Assembly (NCBI GenBank): GCA_976226885.1
Contig: OZ320317.1
Span: 80,042,001-80,106,000 of the forward strand
DNA from: Iphione sp. A-MEVVRFRX5
Lineage: Eukaryota
Reading direction: 5' to 3'
DNA length: 64,000 bases
Positions 17,164-45,000 of the stretch are shown here, one piece after another. The notes under the pieces were generated by a model, which saw only the letters and a list, made by a program, of their open reading frames with translations, made no database searches and was not told where the DNA came from. Position numbers and translations under genes: made by a program. Position 1 is the first letter of the stretch, and each line of letters begins with the position of its first letter.

Positions 17164-18224
17164 TTCCCTCCTTCATGTGTTGTGAACATTTTTTGGTCTT
17201 TGCCAAACTGTCCTGATCTGAGGCAAGTCCTGATTCAAGACGTATTCCCTACGAGGTGTCCCAGTTTATATAAAAAACAAAGGAATAAAGTCAACTTCAG
17301 CCAGTGTCACTGAATCAACAGGGTACAAAGCATCAGGTGGCCACACCTCTTACATAATGCCCATAAAGTGATATAGGCACCATGAAAAAGCATTGAAATT
17401 AGGGATTAGCATCAGTGTGGACTTACAGGACGGTATTAACGTAAAATCATTCAGACAACGCTTTTAATCAGAGGGTGCATTCGCTGTTTGCATTTTGCAT
17501 TCACTGTTTAGCCACGCAGCTGACACGTTATTGCCAATGGCGTTGCTCAGAACAGTGGGTGACTGTATTTTTGAGGTTCTGCTGTATGTGAAAGTTAATG
17601 AAATCATGCATATTGAATATATGAAAGCAACTGATAAAGTCACTGGGCATTGGAATTGGTTGGATATTCACAACCAGGAGACAGATCTCTCATTCGTCTC
17701 ATACTTAAGAGCTAAAATCAGCAGTATTGGCCATGGTAATGCTGTGTTCCCGACCATCATTGGCCTCTTGGGGCACAGTTCTTAGGTGAAAATCTGGCAG
17801 CACCACATCATGTGGTTGTCGTTGCCATGCTGCTGGAAACAGAAATGTCATGACCGCAGGTCTACCTATAAGGGTGGATGATGCCAGGCTTGGAAATGGC
17901 ATTATCAGTATCATATAAACCCCGCTCGTCCTCTGGGAGGCTGTTTTTCTAGGTATCTTTGCCCTGTGGTGACGTTATCTGATGCCTGTCCAGCCCTGAA
18001 TGGGTTAAGTCTAATTACGTCGCATATGTAATAACGATACATTGTATTGATGTAGAATGTGTTTTTAACACCGCATGTAATATTAGTTGGTTTTAAGTGT
18101 TTGAAAATGTAACACAAATAAGACAAACTAGTCTATTTCGAGTCTACGCCAACGACTGAGTTCGTGCTACATCTGATTCTAATGGAGTTTTTTTTTTTTA
18201 TCTTTCTCTTAAAGCTTTATAACT

Positions 18225-26213
<7,989 letters not shown>

Positions 26214-27187
26214 TTAAGGCTACCTGTGCTTTCACATGCGTTTATTTAAAAAAAATAATCAGCACAACCTGAAGAAAGCCATTGCAAAGAGAGGTTCATG
26301 CGGACAGCCAGGAGATGGCAGGATCGTGTTGGGGCGAGGAGTGAAATGAGGACCAGTAACAGGCTAACTGTGTTCAGTTACAAACACACACGAAACAGTA
26401 CAGCCTGACAGATGTACAGTTATAACGGCATGTCTCATATTATAAGTGTCCGAGTGAGTGGGAAGGCCACCCTCACAGCCAGCTTAAACCGGGGGCAGAA
26501 TGCACCAAGGAGTAGTAGCAGGTTGCCCATGTCCTAATACTGACATTGCCTGGATCAATTAGTGCCTAAGTACAGGCCGGAGTGAGAACTGCAGCGATTC
26601 TATTAGCATACTGCACCCTAACACGGACATCTGTTTACTTTTTTTAAAAAAAAGTTGTTAAAGTTCACAAAAACAAGCCGCTTTATGAACTTTTGAACTT
26701 TGTATTTCCCCCACTAGCAAATGTATGCATATGTATATGATGTGTATATATTGCAAGCAAATCACACAAGAAATATTGATGTGTTAAGTCAGGCGTTGGA
26801 GTGGGTTGGGATGGTGGGCTCAGAGCGGCCTCTGTCATTGGGGGAATTATTTTTCAGCAAATCGCTTATAGGACTTTGGAAAAGTTGACATTTTTCAACC
26901 GAAAGAAAAGTTTGTATGACCTCACAGTGAAGATGAGAAATGAATTAATGTGCTGGAGACGACAATTATAGCTAATCGGATTAATTCTTTTGATGGCGAA
27001 TAATATGCAAATCAAGAGAGGAATATCATAATAGTGATTACAAAGAATTTTGCAAACATATGTAAAATCATGATTCATCTTTTTTTAAAAGAAAGTAGTC
27101 GACTTATTCCATAACTTGAACTTGTGCCATGACTGAGTCACTTCATGGTCATGTTATGTCGCTGCTGACTTGTGTCATGACAGACGA

Positions 27188-27255
27188 AAGTACTGGGAGT
27201 GGACCTGGGTGTCAACCTGAGATACAATCCAGGTGGCGCCACTGCAGACTGCAAT
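27188..27255 (+). repeat. DIRS ITR relic, intergenic
   Basis: ggacctgggtgtcaacctgagatacaatccaggtggcgccac versus the reverse of the right ITR, ggacacaggtgtctaactgagatacagcccagtggcgccac. Confidence 0.7.
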
Positions 27256-30200
27256 ACGCATAGCCACTTTTATTAGTTCAGCAGTCACCGAAGACAGACG
27301 TGCCCATAATCACTCTGATTTCTCTTTTAAACCGTCAGATCTGGGTAATTTATTATTGGAATTCCCTTATAATGTCCGAGAGCAGCCTTTAGTGGATCTC
27401 CTATGTATGTACTGGTTATCATTTCTGAAAAATTCAAGTAGGGCCTTTAAATGTTACCTTTTAAAGAAGATCAAGTCAGCAGTCGATCAGGGGGCCCATC
27501 ACTAACTCATGTTCTCCCGACTGTATGCCATCACAATCCTGTATCCTGCTGAACGGAATTACTTCGTATTGGAACATGACTGTCTATTGTTTGTACAGTC
27601 GTCCTTCATTTTCAGCCCACCCCCACCCCCACCACGGCAACTGGATTGCCGCAATGCTTTAGGGATGATTTATTGGTCATCTTAAGTTCTAAAATCATTA
27701 CCCAAAAGAAAAATTCTGATAACATGGTACGTCCGTATTGCCCGTTTTCAATGATCCATGGACATTCTTGGAAGGTGGCTATTTTAATATACTTTAAACC
27801 GCAATATCCATGTTCGTATTGGGCGGTTAGTTTTGCTTATAAAACAACACAGTCCATTAGAAGAAATTCAGATCGTGTGTTGTTTTCACGGAAAACGGAC
27901 ACCAAATACGACCAAAATGGCAACTAGGGTTAAGTCGTGGCCTGATTAGACGTTACTGCTTGGACATTGCACAAGTTGATTATGGGGTAAGTTGGTAAAA
28001 GATACAGGTTGACTTTGGTTCCATGCTTGACCACTAGAGGCCAGTAGTGAGAGAGAACCTGTGCCAACAGGTGACCTCGTCAGACCACTTCACGGTGCAA
28101 AGAATACAGTTCCATATCACGATTTAGAGGTCTTTACTCAATAGTACTCCGCATACACTTCGTCAGTCTGAAATTCATTTCAGAGTCTTTGTTCAGTGCC
28201 GGGGATATATTGTTAGGGACTAAAATATACTATCCTCACCAACAGGGGAGTAATTAAGTACTCAGTAAGGACATGCATGGTGAACTTTCTTATATTTGTG
28301 TTGAGTCCAATTACTTACGCCAAGACGTATCGCGAGTAAGTCGTCCATACGAAATAAATTTCATGCTAAACTGTAGCAGCAGTCCCACACATATTATTTT
28401 CACACGAAATGATGGTAACTAGGATTTGCCCCACGGGCTACGACTGCATTCTGATCATATGAAGATGCGATATTCTTAACAGTAAACCGAACTCCATTTT
28501 TTCAGGTCATTTATTTTCTGTCGCCACACACGAACACGTTTCAGACAGGTCAACACAGAAATATATACTTCAAATATTACATCATATAGCACACCTAGCC
28601 CTGAATACGGCTTTGACATCACAACTAAAATCTCTGTGAATTGAATTTCGAGGAGTTCTGAGATAACACGGGAATGACGCTAACTCTTGGGTATGGAACG
28701 ATTCATCGGTGATGAATTGTTCCCTTGTGAGCGAATCGATTCTTTGGCAAGTACTTCATTCTGACACCACACTCAGGGCATTCAGCAGGTAAGTTTATAA
28801 TAGCATGGCAGTTTATACAAGTATGAGCCGGGTCACGTAGCAGTTGAAACGCGCCAAAAAACCAAGGCAGTTCAAGAATAAAGCTTGGTTTTTCTCGAAA
28901 TCACATGGGTAACTTAGGACCCTTGACTTTTCTGCACCGTTCCCAAGTTGCGTTAGTTGACACAAGCTGGTATTCATAAAACAAAAACATCTGAAAGTAA
29001 AACTGCAATAGCAAATGAAAAGGATCCTCCGGAGTGCATCATGGAAAATCAATAAATAACAATCAGAATACTGAAGATGTAAATTTCCTTTAAATAATAC
29101 GTAAATATAAATGTATTTATAAAGAAGAAACAAAACATGCTTAAGTACACGGAAATATAACTCAAAGAATCTTAATATCACGGAATGCAAACAAGTTATG
29201 AATCATTCTAAATACTGACCAAATATACACAAGAAGCTTAGTTTCATTTCATTCGATATTGTCTACACATAACCTTTCCTGTTTTTATTACTATCATTTT
29301 GCGTTTGAAGAGATCAACATATGAAAAGCTCCTGCCTTTCCTCATCTGACTAGGTCTAAATTTCAATAATACATGGGACACACAAAACTAAATTTAGAAC
29401 AATCACCCCTGTAGTTGTAGTGAGCCCTATAGCACCGTAGTCTGGCTAGTCTAGCATATTAAACACGTGCAGACGAAACGAGAGGTGAGAATCTTCTCCG
29501 AAATACCAGATTCTCCATTTTCTTTACCGTCCACGTCTGAGATGGTCCGGCTTGTGAAGAAAATATTGAATACAATAAAAGCCATGACGTACCGACGGAG
29601 TAGTAAAGGAATATACATCATCTTCGTACTTCCTGATTTCTTTTATGATCAGCATTTTAGACTGACTCTGATATCAATTCCATTATTTCTATCGTTCTGA
29701 AAAACAACTGGCAGAGATCATGGAGTACCCTTCCTCCTTGAGACATCATTGTCAAAATACACGGAGATGGAAGGAACCTTCTACCCATGACAAAAGAAAA
29801 CATTACTCGTACCACTTATCTAGCTAAGTACGTGAAAACAGAATCTCAGATCATGTATGACATCTGTATACGATGTAGGAACGAAAACCTCGACTCCCGT
29901 TCGGAAGTATCGAACACTTAATATTGTTCGGTATGTAGCATTCTGAGAGGACTCTCGCCGAGAAGATGTGTTATTTGAGATTCGTCATCATGTATACATT
30001 GACTTGATCAGACGAATGAGATTTGTTGTTGAAAGGCAGATCATAGTCTATTGCAATTAATATATACAAAAAACGTGAGTGCCATTAAGGTGTACGAAGG
30101 ACGGGATGGACAAACCTAGTGTATGTACATGGCCAAACTAACGACAGGGAATGTACGTCGCATTTACGTGAAGCATTTCAGGCAAGGCACAACTTAAAAG

Positions 30201-30788
30201 CACATCGTAATGGGTGCCACAGGCGCTGAATGCGTCATGCGATGCCATCGTGAACGTTACGGTGGTACGTTCAAACTCCAGCTGTTAATATGGGAGGCCC
30301 TGTTACTAGAGGGACTACACAATGCAGGGAAAATACTATTATTAAGGCAAAGGATTTTTACTTGTGAATACATATGAAAAAGACTACCTATGCACTCAAG
30401 CCATTGTGTAAAGATCCCTCCGAGGCGTCAGCGAATTCTGCAACATTTATTTGGCCATTTGCAACACACCTTCGTCAGAAAGAAAATTAAATGTGTTGCT
30501 AGGAATTCGTAATGAAAAGCACGAGAAAGTGTGATATTCGCTGGTGTAAAAAAATTATTGCATAACATGCCCATCTAGTGATCCTCTCTTCTCTGCAGAC
30601 TGCACAAGATTGCTACCAGAAAAGCCTGCACTGTAACCGCGGGCCTCATGAAGGTGCTGAATGGATATTCCGCTACGGTTACATGACTAGCAAACCGAAG
30701 TTAAGACTTTTCTTTCTGACGGGGATTACGCATTGGTAGAAGACTTATTTCAGGGATGGGGGCGGGGGTTAGCAGTGATTGAAAGCTT

Positions 30789-36990
<6,202 letters not shown>

Positions 36991-37333
36991 GGCGGCAGGA
37001 TCTGGCCTGCTAGGTGTGCACAGCAGTGAAAAGAAAAGGAGGGATTTTTAAAAACTAAAAAAAAAAAAAATTAGTACATTCTCCTAGTGTAAGTGTGCGT
37101 CTGATACGATTATACATATGGATAATGAACAGAGAAAAGTTGGATACATCAGCGGAGAGGACCTGGGGAAGGTTCTTGGCATACCGGCAACCACTGCAAG
37201 TTATTCATGCATTAATTAGGTTTTTTCTCCCTTTTCCCCATCGACTTAATGCAATATGGAGGCTGGATGAGCATGTGAAGCAAATAGTAATAAAAATTTG
37301 GCGTGCTCTATCTTTCTTGTATTTTCATATATA

Positions 37334-37512
37334 CAGTAAGCATCGCTTAAGGGGACATGCACCCTTGATTTCCAGTGAATGTATCCCTACTTTGGGGGTG
37401 TCCCCAATTCTAAGAGATCAACTACAAATGAAAGGCCTTAGTTCTGACAAAAACTGTCCCTATTAAAGAGGTAGCCCTTGTTCTGTGGTGGTCCAATATG
37501 GAGCGACTACTG
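37334..37512. mobile_element. 179-bp TA-flanked MITE (Tc1/mariner-pogo-like CAGT ends)
   Basis: TA|cagtaagcatcgct ... agcgactactg|TA. Confidence 0.55.
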
Positions 37513-38630
37513 TAATTCAAATGTGAATCCTCATTTTCACAGGATAATAATGGAAAGCATTTCACAGGTGAAATAGTGTGGATCACTGCACGTGATGAAA
37601 CATTAGGCTATACTTTAGTTGGGACTAGGACTTGAGAGTAAATCTGCCGACCTAAAAGTACACATGTGATGTAAACGAATAACATCATATAGGGACGTGG
37701 GTTATCCTCCTAGGGGCACGGTTCTTCAAACCCAATTCCCTTTGACGAAATCCCTACAAACACCCTTTCTGTCACGACCGACTTAACATGTGCACTACAA
37801 TTTGCTGCAGGTCATGCCCCTGCCTTGATACATCCTGGAGTAGGTACTTGCGCTTGACCAATCACTGGCGGCTAGATTGACAGCGGTCCTTTGAAAACTA
37901 TCATGCTGCTAAAGTCCCGAGTCCTCCTATTCTCCACAGCACTTGGACATTGTCCATTTATGTTGTCTGGGTTATGGAAGCAACTCAAAACCAAGATTTC
38001 GACCCAACAATTGGCCATATAAACCAAATGGACAGACACCGGTGACATCCATCCACTGAAAAAGCTGTGGATGACGATGTTGGGTCCACATTAAGAATAA
38101 TTCACTATGATGGTGGCACCCTAATGAACCTATCTACAAAATGGATTATGTAATTCTATGGCATCTGCCTAGTCTAGGCCATTACAGCCTTACAAATCAC
38201 ATGTCTGTTGTCGGCATGACCGACGTTGGAGTATATTTCCACAGTGAACTAAAGGTTGGAAATTCAGCAAATCTTCTTCGATAAAGAATGGAAGACAATG
38301 TACACTTTGTGCCAGATGCAATGAAACTGATAAATACACCTCTAGTGACCATTATATAACGCAAGAGTAAACACTTATGCACTGGGACACATGAGACTGC
38401 AAAACCCTATGTATCCCCAGTCAAAACTCTTACGCTCGGACGCATGAAGGTAAAGTCACCAAACAGTTCCTTACAATTGGGCGTAAGGGCTGGTCAGTCC
38501 TGTATAATCCAGAGCCATGCCACAACCTCCGTCATGCTCAGCAAGACTGTTAACAGTCACAAATCTTGACTTCATTCATATACAGTCTTATCAATGTCTC
38601 ATAGACATACATGAATACTTTAATATAAAA

Positions 38631-38669
38631 TTAGTGGGTTACACGAACTTACAGTGAAGTGTGACCTTG
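38631..38669. repeat. 39-bp exact copy of the DIRS ICR / terminal extension
   Basis: Identical to 3252-3290 (ttagtgggttacacgaacttacagtgaagtgtgaccttg). Confidence 0.9.
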
Positions 38670-40497
38670 GCTCCATAATATCCACCTTCAGATGCCCTAA
38701 AGTCTGAACACTGCAGTCACAAGAAGCCATCAGCTAAAAGAGACTCAAAAGCTGCGTTCTAGTCATGTTAATGAATTTTTACACTGAAGAAGAGAGGCTT
38801 TAAACAACCACGCATACCTGAATTTCTTTGACGGTCTGTCTATACATTAAAATGCCCACACCATACCACATTATGAATGACCTTATCTCATTTAATATAT
38901 GTTACCGTCTTTTGGACACACGATCAAAAGATCCGAACAGGTAGTTCTCTCTTTTATCTTTGACTGGTAGCCATGGAAAATCTACCACTGTGGACACATG
39001 CCTTATGGGCCACTGAGAGATATGCGAACATTTTCAAGTAAGCATCTTTGGACACAAAAAACATGAACTGAAATCACGTTCTCGTCATCTGAACACCAAC
39101 TGATACTGAAATCCTCCCCCTATAACCCATTGGGGCGATACCCAGAACGACACAACACACCCATGTCTATCATTCAATGTGCCTGTCTCATTTTGTTTTA
39201 CTATGCCCTTTGAATGATTGTACTCATGGCCTAGCGGTCGGGGTTGTCATCACGGTCGCAATGTTCTACCACAATGCTTGCAGAGTAAACCCTGCAGGAT
39301 TTGCACGGATCCATGTGTATATTCATAAACAATACTGACAGAACCCGTGGGATATCCATGGAGAACACCTTTGTGTCTTAGGGCTATTGTCACCACGCCA
39401 ATGCAGTTATTTGCATTAATGCATGCCGTGGATACTGCTCTAGGTATGAGTCTGGGAGCTGCGCAAACCGGCCCTTCTCTGCATTTTCAGACTTTTCTGG
39501 AGCGGTGTCCATGGTGTCCATTATGAAAGAGGAAAAACGTCAGTGTTGACAATGCTGCCAATGAATGATCCACTTTAATAGGTATCAATCAGAAGCAGCC
39601 ATATCACTCTCACTTAAACTGTTCATAGCATTACCGAAAAATGATGAACGTTCCGTCGTAATCTACACTTTAAACTCAACGTATAAGTACATGTATGTGA
39701 TACCTACCATAAACATGACATATTTCCACTGGTCTACTCGACAATGTTAGAGGTGTTTAAGATGACCGAATTAGTCCGTAGAGTATTGATACACTATATT
39801 TGTCTGATGGTTTGAAGGCTGAGTCGCACATGTTATTTGGTGAAGGTAGGACTTTCGAATCTAAGGGGTTATCAAGATTTTTGATATAAAGAAAGATCTC
39901 TCTATATATGTAGTTAACATTCATTATCTGACTCAACCCGCTCTAATGCTGGCTTACACAAAAAGCTTTTTTTTGGGGGGGAGTGAAGTAATTTTTCTGT
40001 ATCTAAACAAATTGGTCACCGAGGGTCCGCTGCATTAATGCTTTTATTTCTGGTCTGTTTGAATGGGTGGCCTATAGATCATGTGTATGACATGGGTTTG
40101 CTTTAAAATCAACGAAAAGCACGGGACTTAGAAGCATCTCTGTACGGTAGTTCCTGTGACGCTGCTATGAGGCTAAGGCTCATTAGATAGTTATAAGAGT
40201 ATAAAGATTTTGAAGGAGGACATATTTGGAAGCTTACAGCTGGTAACACCTTGCTCTGTTATGATTATTACACCACACTTATAAAACAGCTGCCAGAAGT
40301 AGTACCCATGTGCCTTCATTTCTGTGCATGCACCAAGTCAGAAGATTCCCAGTTACGACATCTTCATGGGGACTGCCCCCCCCCCCTCCCCCACAAAACG
40401 TGTTCCCCTGTGATAATGTCATCATATGAAATTTCCCCGTCCTGGAGAGAGAGAGCGAGAGAGCTAGCGAGAGAGACAGAGAGCTTAGGATGTCAGG

Positions 40498-40502
<5 letters not shown>

Positions 40503-40569
<67 letters not shown>

Positions 40570-40780
40570 AAGAAAGGGGGAAAGAGAGGGAGTGAGAAAA
40601 AATCTAAGGAGGGAGAGGGAGGGAAAGAGGGAGGGGGGAAAAAGAAGCAGAGAGAGGTATGTAGTGGAAGAGAGGAAGAGAGAGAGAGAGGGTAGGGAGG
40701 GAAAGGGAGAGAGAGGGGGGAGGAAGAGAGGAGGGAGAGGGAAAAAGAGTGTGAGCAAGAGAAAGACAGAGAGAGAATGA
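40503..40780. repeat. (GA)n microsatellite and polypurine tract
   Basis: About 30 GA units followed by degenerate G/A sequence. Confidence 0.95.
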
Positions 40781-41357
40781 GAAAGATTTTTACCTACACC
40801 GTATACCGGTACAACCAGTGTAAGCCCAAAGGCACTTGTGCATGATGAGAACAATAGTTAACATGGAATTTTTAGCATGTGCTGCTGGCTTCGGATAACC
40901 AAGCGGTCAGGACAGCTGGGTACATGGGTGGCCTTGTATTCATTACGTTATAAACAGTGGTCATTAGTAATATTTAGGGAAACAATGTGTGTGAGCTAGA
41001 AGCATGGAATCTTGGCCTCTCCAAACGTGTATGAAGTAAACTACTATAAGCTATACAGCACACCGGTGGTCCACACACATTCTTACATCACATTGCACAA
41101 TAATGTTCATAAGATAATCCCATGGCGCCATCGACTGGTGCCTGGTATACAGCGATGAATCAGATGGACTGACGTTTGCAACTCGCTGACCAATCCCTGG
41201 ATGCCGGTGTGTCAGTCCATCTCTCAAAGCTGTCGGGGTCTCGGAGACCGCACTGCAAAAATCTATGTACTCTTTGGAGTTATATTCTCTGGTGCCAAAT
41301 CTTCATTGCCAGTGGCGCTAAAATAAGCGTAGGATAAGATCACATGCTCAAACTTAC

Positions 41358-41443
41358 CTCGATTGCATTTTCTCCACAAGGTTTTGCTGTTTTCTCTGGC
41401 TTGACAGGTGATGATTCAGACGTCGGGGCTCATGCGTAGCCAT
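41358..41443 (-). CDS. Probable first coding exon of secernin (MATHEPRRLNHHLSSQRKQQNLVEKMQSR)
   Basis: aaacATGG start and AG|GTAAGT donor in phase 2. Joins in frame to the acceptor before the secernin ATG exon (37006 or 37009). GC box at 41461-41469. Confidence 0.55.
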
Positions 41444-41853
41444 GTTTTGTTTTGCCGATTGCCCCGCCCTCTGTTAGGTACTGTGAAATTAAAGTCCACA
41501 GCGCCATCTGTTTATTATGGCATAGATGGTCGCTCTCTTTGGCTCAGTTCTACATGACACCAGCTTGACTTGCCACGTGCCACATAACTTTTTTACTATT
41601 GGGGGAGGGGACGCAGGGTTGGGCAGCAAAAGAGAAGTTGTCCCATTTTTAAAATGTCTTTCTCACGAAAAAAAAAACAAACCCAAATAACCATTAATGG
41701 CCTATTGCTTGTTACTCCCAACTTATCTTTAAGGCATGGAGATTTCAGGAGACTATGGACAGATTATTGCTTACCAGTCTTATCTGTAAGTTTAGCAGCT
41801 AAGCTGACATATAAGAAATGGAGCTCCCACATGGGAAGCTTAGGATGTCAGGG

Positions 41854-41857
<4 letters not shown>

Positions 41858-41893
<36 letters not shown>

Positions 41894-42044
41894 AGGGAGG
41901 GAGGGAGACAAAGAGGGAGAGATAGTGGGAGGGATAGAGGGAGGGAAAGAGAGGGGAAGGGAGAGAGGGAGGGAGGGAGGCAGAGAGGGAGGCAGAGGGA
42001 GGGAAAGAGAGAGAGGGAGGCAGTTGGGAGGGAGGGAGGGAGAG
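41858..42044. repeat. GA-rich microsatellite; target of the Gypsy insertion, continues at 47360-47402
   Basis: The purine tract is split by the LTR element. Confidence 0.9.
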
Positions 42045-45000
42045 TGTTGTATTTGAAAGATGGATGGTTACTTTATCATGTAGATTTATGATGATATAAA
42101 TCAGGAGTAACTCAAGCTATGTGTGTGAGGAGTTCAGGAAACAGGAAGTAGTTTTATTTCTTAGTTACTTGGTTTGACACAGGTGACAGCAGTGTGTAAG
42201 TAAATACATATCATGACATCTCCCTCCTTTAGACTCTTTGTTTATATAAAAGGAAATAATGAGTATGAAGATAAATGTCTATGTAGATAACTCTAACTGA
42301 ATTAAGGTACCATACTACTTGCAGTGTCAACTCAAATGTCTCTTACAAGAATCTAGGTCACTTCACAGATCAAGTCGCTTTGGAGGATGTACTGAACGAC
42401 CAAATCTGGTTGTATAGTGGCTTCCTGGACCTGTCTGAGGGCTAGATACAGGTTCAGGTGCTGCAGTAGGTGTTTTGCTCCTGGCATCATCAGCACTCTG
42501 CATGGGAAGCTCAGTGATGTCCATTGAGTCATCATTTGTAGATGGACATACTGTGAAACTTTCACCAGTTGTTCTTATGTGGCGACGGTTTCTACGATAC
42601 TGTGAACCAGATGTGGTAGTAACAACATAAGACCTTGGTTTACCACTTGGCTTGTCCACAATGGCAGGTTCCCACTTTTTGGTGTGCTGGTCTTGAACTC
42701 GCACACTCTGTCCCTGATGTAGGTCTTTCAGTGACTTGGCATGCTGATTGTACTGCTGTTGCCATTTGATGTTCCTAGCAGCTTTGTGATGTTTTTCTTT
42801 GGTTGTGACCACAGGCAAGTTAGACTGAATTCTGTGGTCGAACAACAATTCTGCAGGTGAGGGCAGGCCTGTTTCAATAGGTGTTGAACGAAGACATAGG
42901 AGAGCCATGGCAGGGTCTTCACCAGCTTCACGAGCTTTCTCAAGAGTTTTCTTGACAGTACCAACAAACCTCTCAGCCTTTCCATTACACTGTGGATACC
43001 TCGGGCTGCTTGTTTCATGCCTGAAGTTGAACTCAGTTGTGAATGTGCGGAATTCACTGGAGTCATACTGTTTGGCATTATCACTGATGAAAACATTTGG
43101 AATGCCAAATTCAGAGAAGATGATTTTCAGTTTGCTAATGATAGCACTAGATGTTGTGGAGCTCAGTTTCCGAACAATGACATACGAGCTGTAGTAATCA
43201 ACAACTAACAGATATTCATTGCCTCTCCAATGGAACATGTCTGATCCAATGATGTCCCATGGATGGGTAGCTTCAATGTGTATCAGCTCTTCCTTTTGCT
43301 GTGATGTCTGATTGTGTTGACATGCACTACATTTTCTGACCATGTTGTCAATATCACTGTTGATACCACACCAGAAGACTGATTCACGTGCTCTCAGGCG
43401 ACATTTTTCAATGCCCTGATGTCCAGTGTGTATTTTCTGGAGTACTTCATGTTGCATCTTCTTTGGGATGATGACGCGGTTCCCTTTCAGCATTACTCCA
43501 TTGTGTAGTACCAGCTCATCCCTGAAATTCCAGAAAGGTAGGATTTCTTCTGGGCACAAATTACGGTACTGTGGCCAGCCATTCGTTATGGTCTTGGTCA
43601 GAATCTGAAGAATCTCATCATCCTGTGTTGCATTCTTGATCTTCTCAAGTCGTGATGTTGATACACATACAATATCATGGATGGTGATGTCAATGTCCTT
43701 GATTTCTTCCCCTTTTACTGGTAGTCGGGAAAGTCCATCTGCTACAGGTATAGCTTTTCCAGGTACATACTTCACAGTGAAGTCATACTTCTGAATGCGA
43801 AGTAGCATTCTCATCAATCTTGGTGGAGCACTGGTGAGATGTTTCTTCACAATGGACTCAAGTGGTTTATGGTCAGTCTCGATGAGTACATGACGACCAT
43901 AAGCGTAATGATGGAATCTCTCCAGTCCAAATACAATACCAAGCATCTCACGTTCAATGTTGCAGTAGTTGCTTTCAGTGTCTGACAAACTCTTACTTGC
44001 ATATGCAACTGGTTGTCCATTCTGTAGCAGTGTTGCTCCCAGACCACGCATGCTTGCATCTGTTTGGATGGTCACAGGCTTCTTTGGATCGAAGTAAGCC
44101 AATGTTTCCTTGGAGCTGATGGCTTCTTTTAGCTTGTTAAATGCTGCTTGGTGCTCAGGTCCCCAAGAGAATTCAACATTTTTCTTGGTCATGTCACGAA
44201 GAGGAGTCGTGATTGTCGCGAGATTGGGAGTGAATCGTCCAAGATAGTTGGCCATACCTAACAACGACTGTAATTCTGCCACATTGGTTGGTGGCTTCAT
44301 GTCCACAATCGATGCTACCTTGTTTGGATCTGCCTCGAGACCCTTGGCTGTCAGGTAGTTTCCAAAGAACTTGATCCTCTGTGATTTGACAACACATTTG
44401 TCTGGGTTGAGTCGAAGTCCAACATTCTTGGTGCGTTCCATTACCTGCTGTAGGTTACTGTCATGTTCAGCTTCATCTTTGCCAAACACAACAATGTCAT
44501 CGGCAATAGCAACTACACCTGGTAGACCCTCAAAGGTCTGATCTACCTTCCTTTGGAACACATCTTGTGCTGACACAAGTCCAAAGGGGAGTCTCTTGAA
44601 GCAGTATCGTCCATACGGTGTGTTGAAGGTTGTCAGCAGTTTTGATGATTCATCAAGCTTCACATTCCAATACCCAGAGCGAGCATCAAGAATGGTGAAT
44701 AGACTAGCACCTTGTAATTTAGGCAGGACATCATCAAGTGTCTGAGTGTAGTGGTGAGGGCGTCTAACCCAGTGGTTGAGGTCCTTTGGGTCTAGACAAA
44801 TGTGTAGCTCACCTGATGGTTTGGTCACGTACACAATACTGTTGACCCAGTCAGTAGGTTGGTCAACCTTCTGAATGATGTCGATGTCTGTCATTCTTTG
44901 TAGTTCCTTCTTTACAGCATCCTTTAGTGACTCAGGAACTCGTCTTGGAGGGTGTATAACAGGCTCAGCATTTTCATGCAGATCAATATGGTATTCTCCA

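Noticed and set aside
38900-39530. Protein-like patches on the minus strand (e.g. VVDFPWLPVKDKRENYLFGSFDR)
   Set aside because: Broken by stops and frameshifts, with no recognisable family.
40251-42091. ORFs rich in RE/ER or SL repeats
   Set aside because: They are translations of GA microsatellites.
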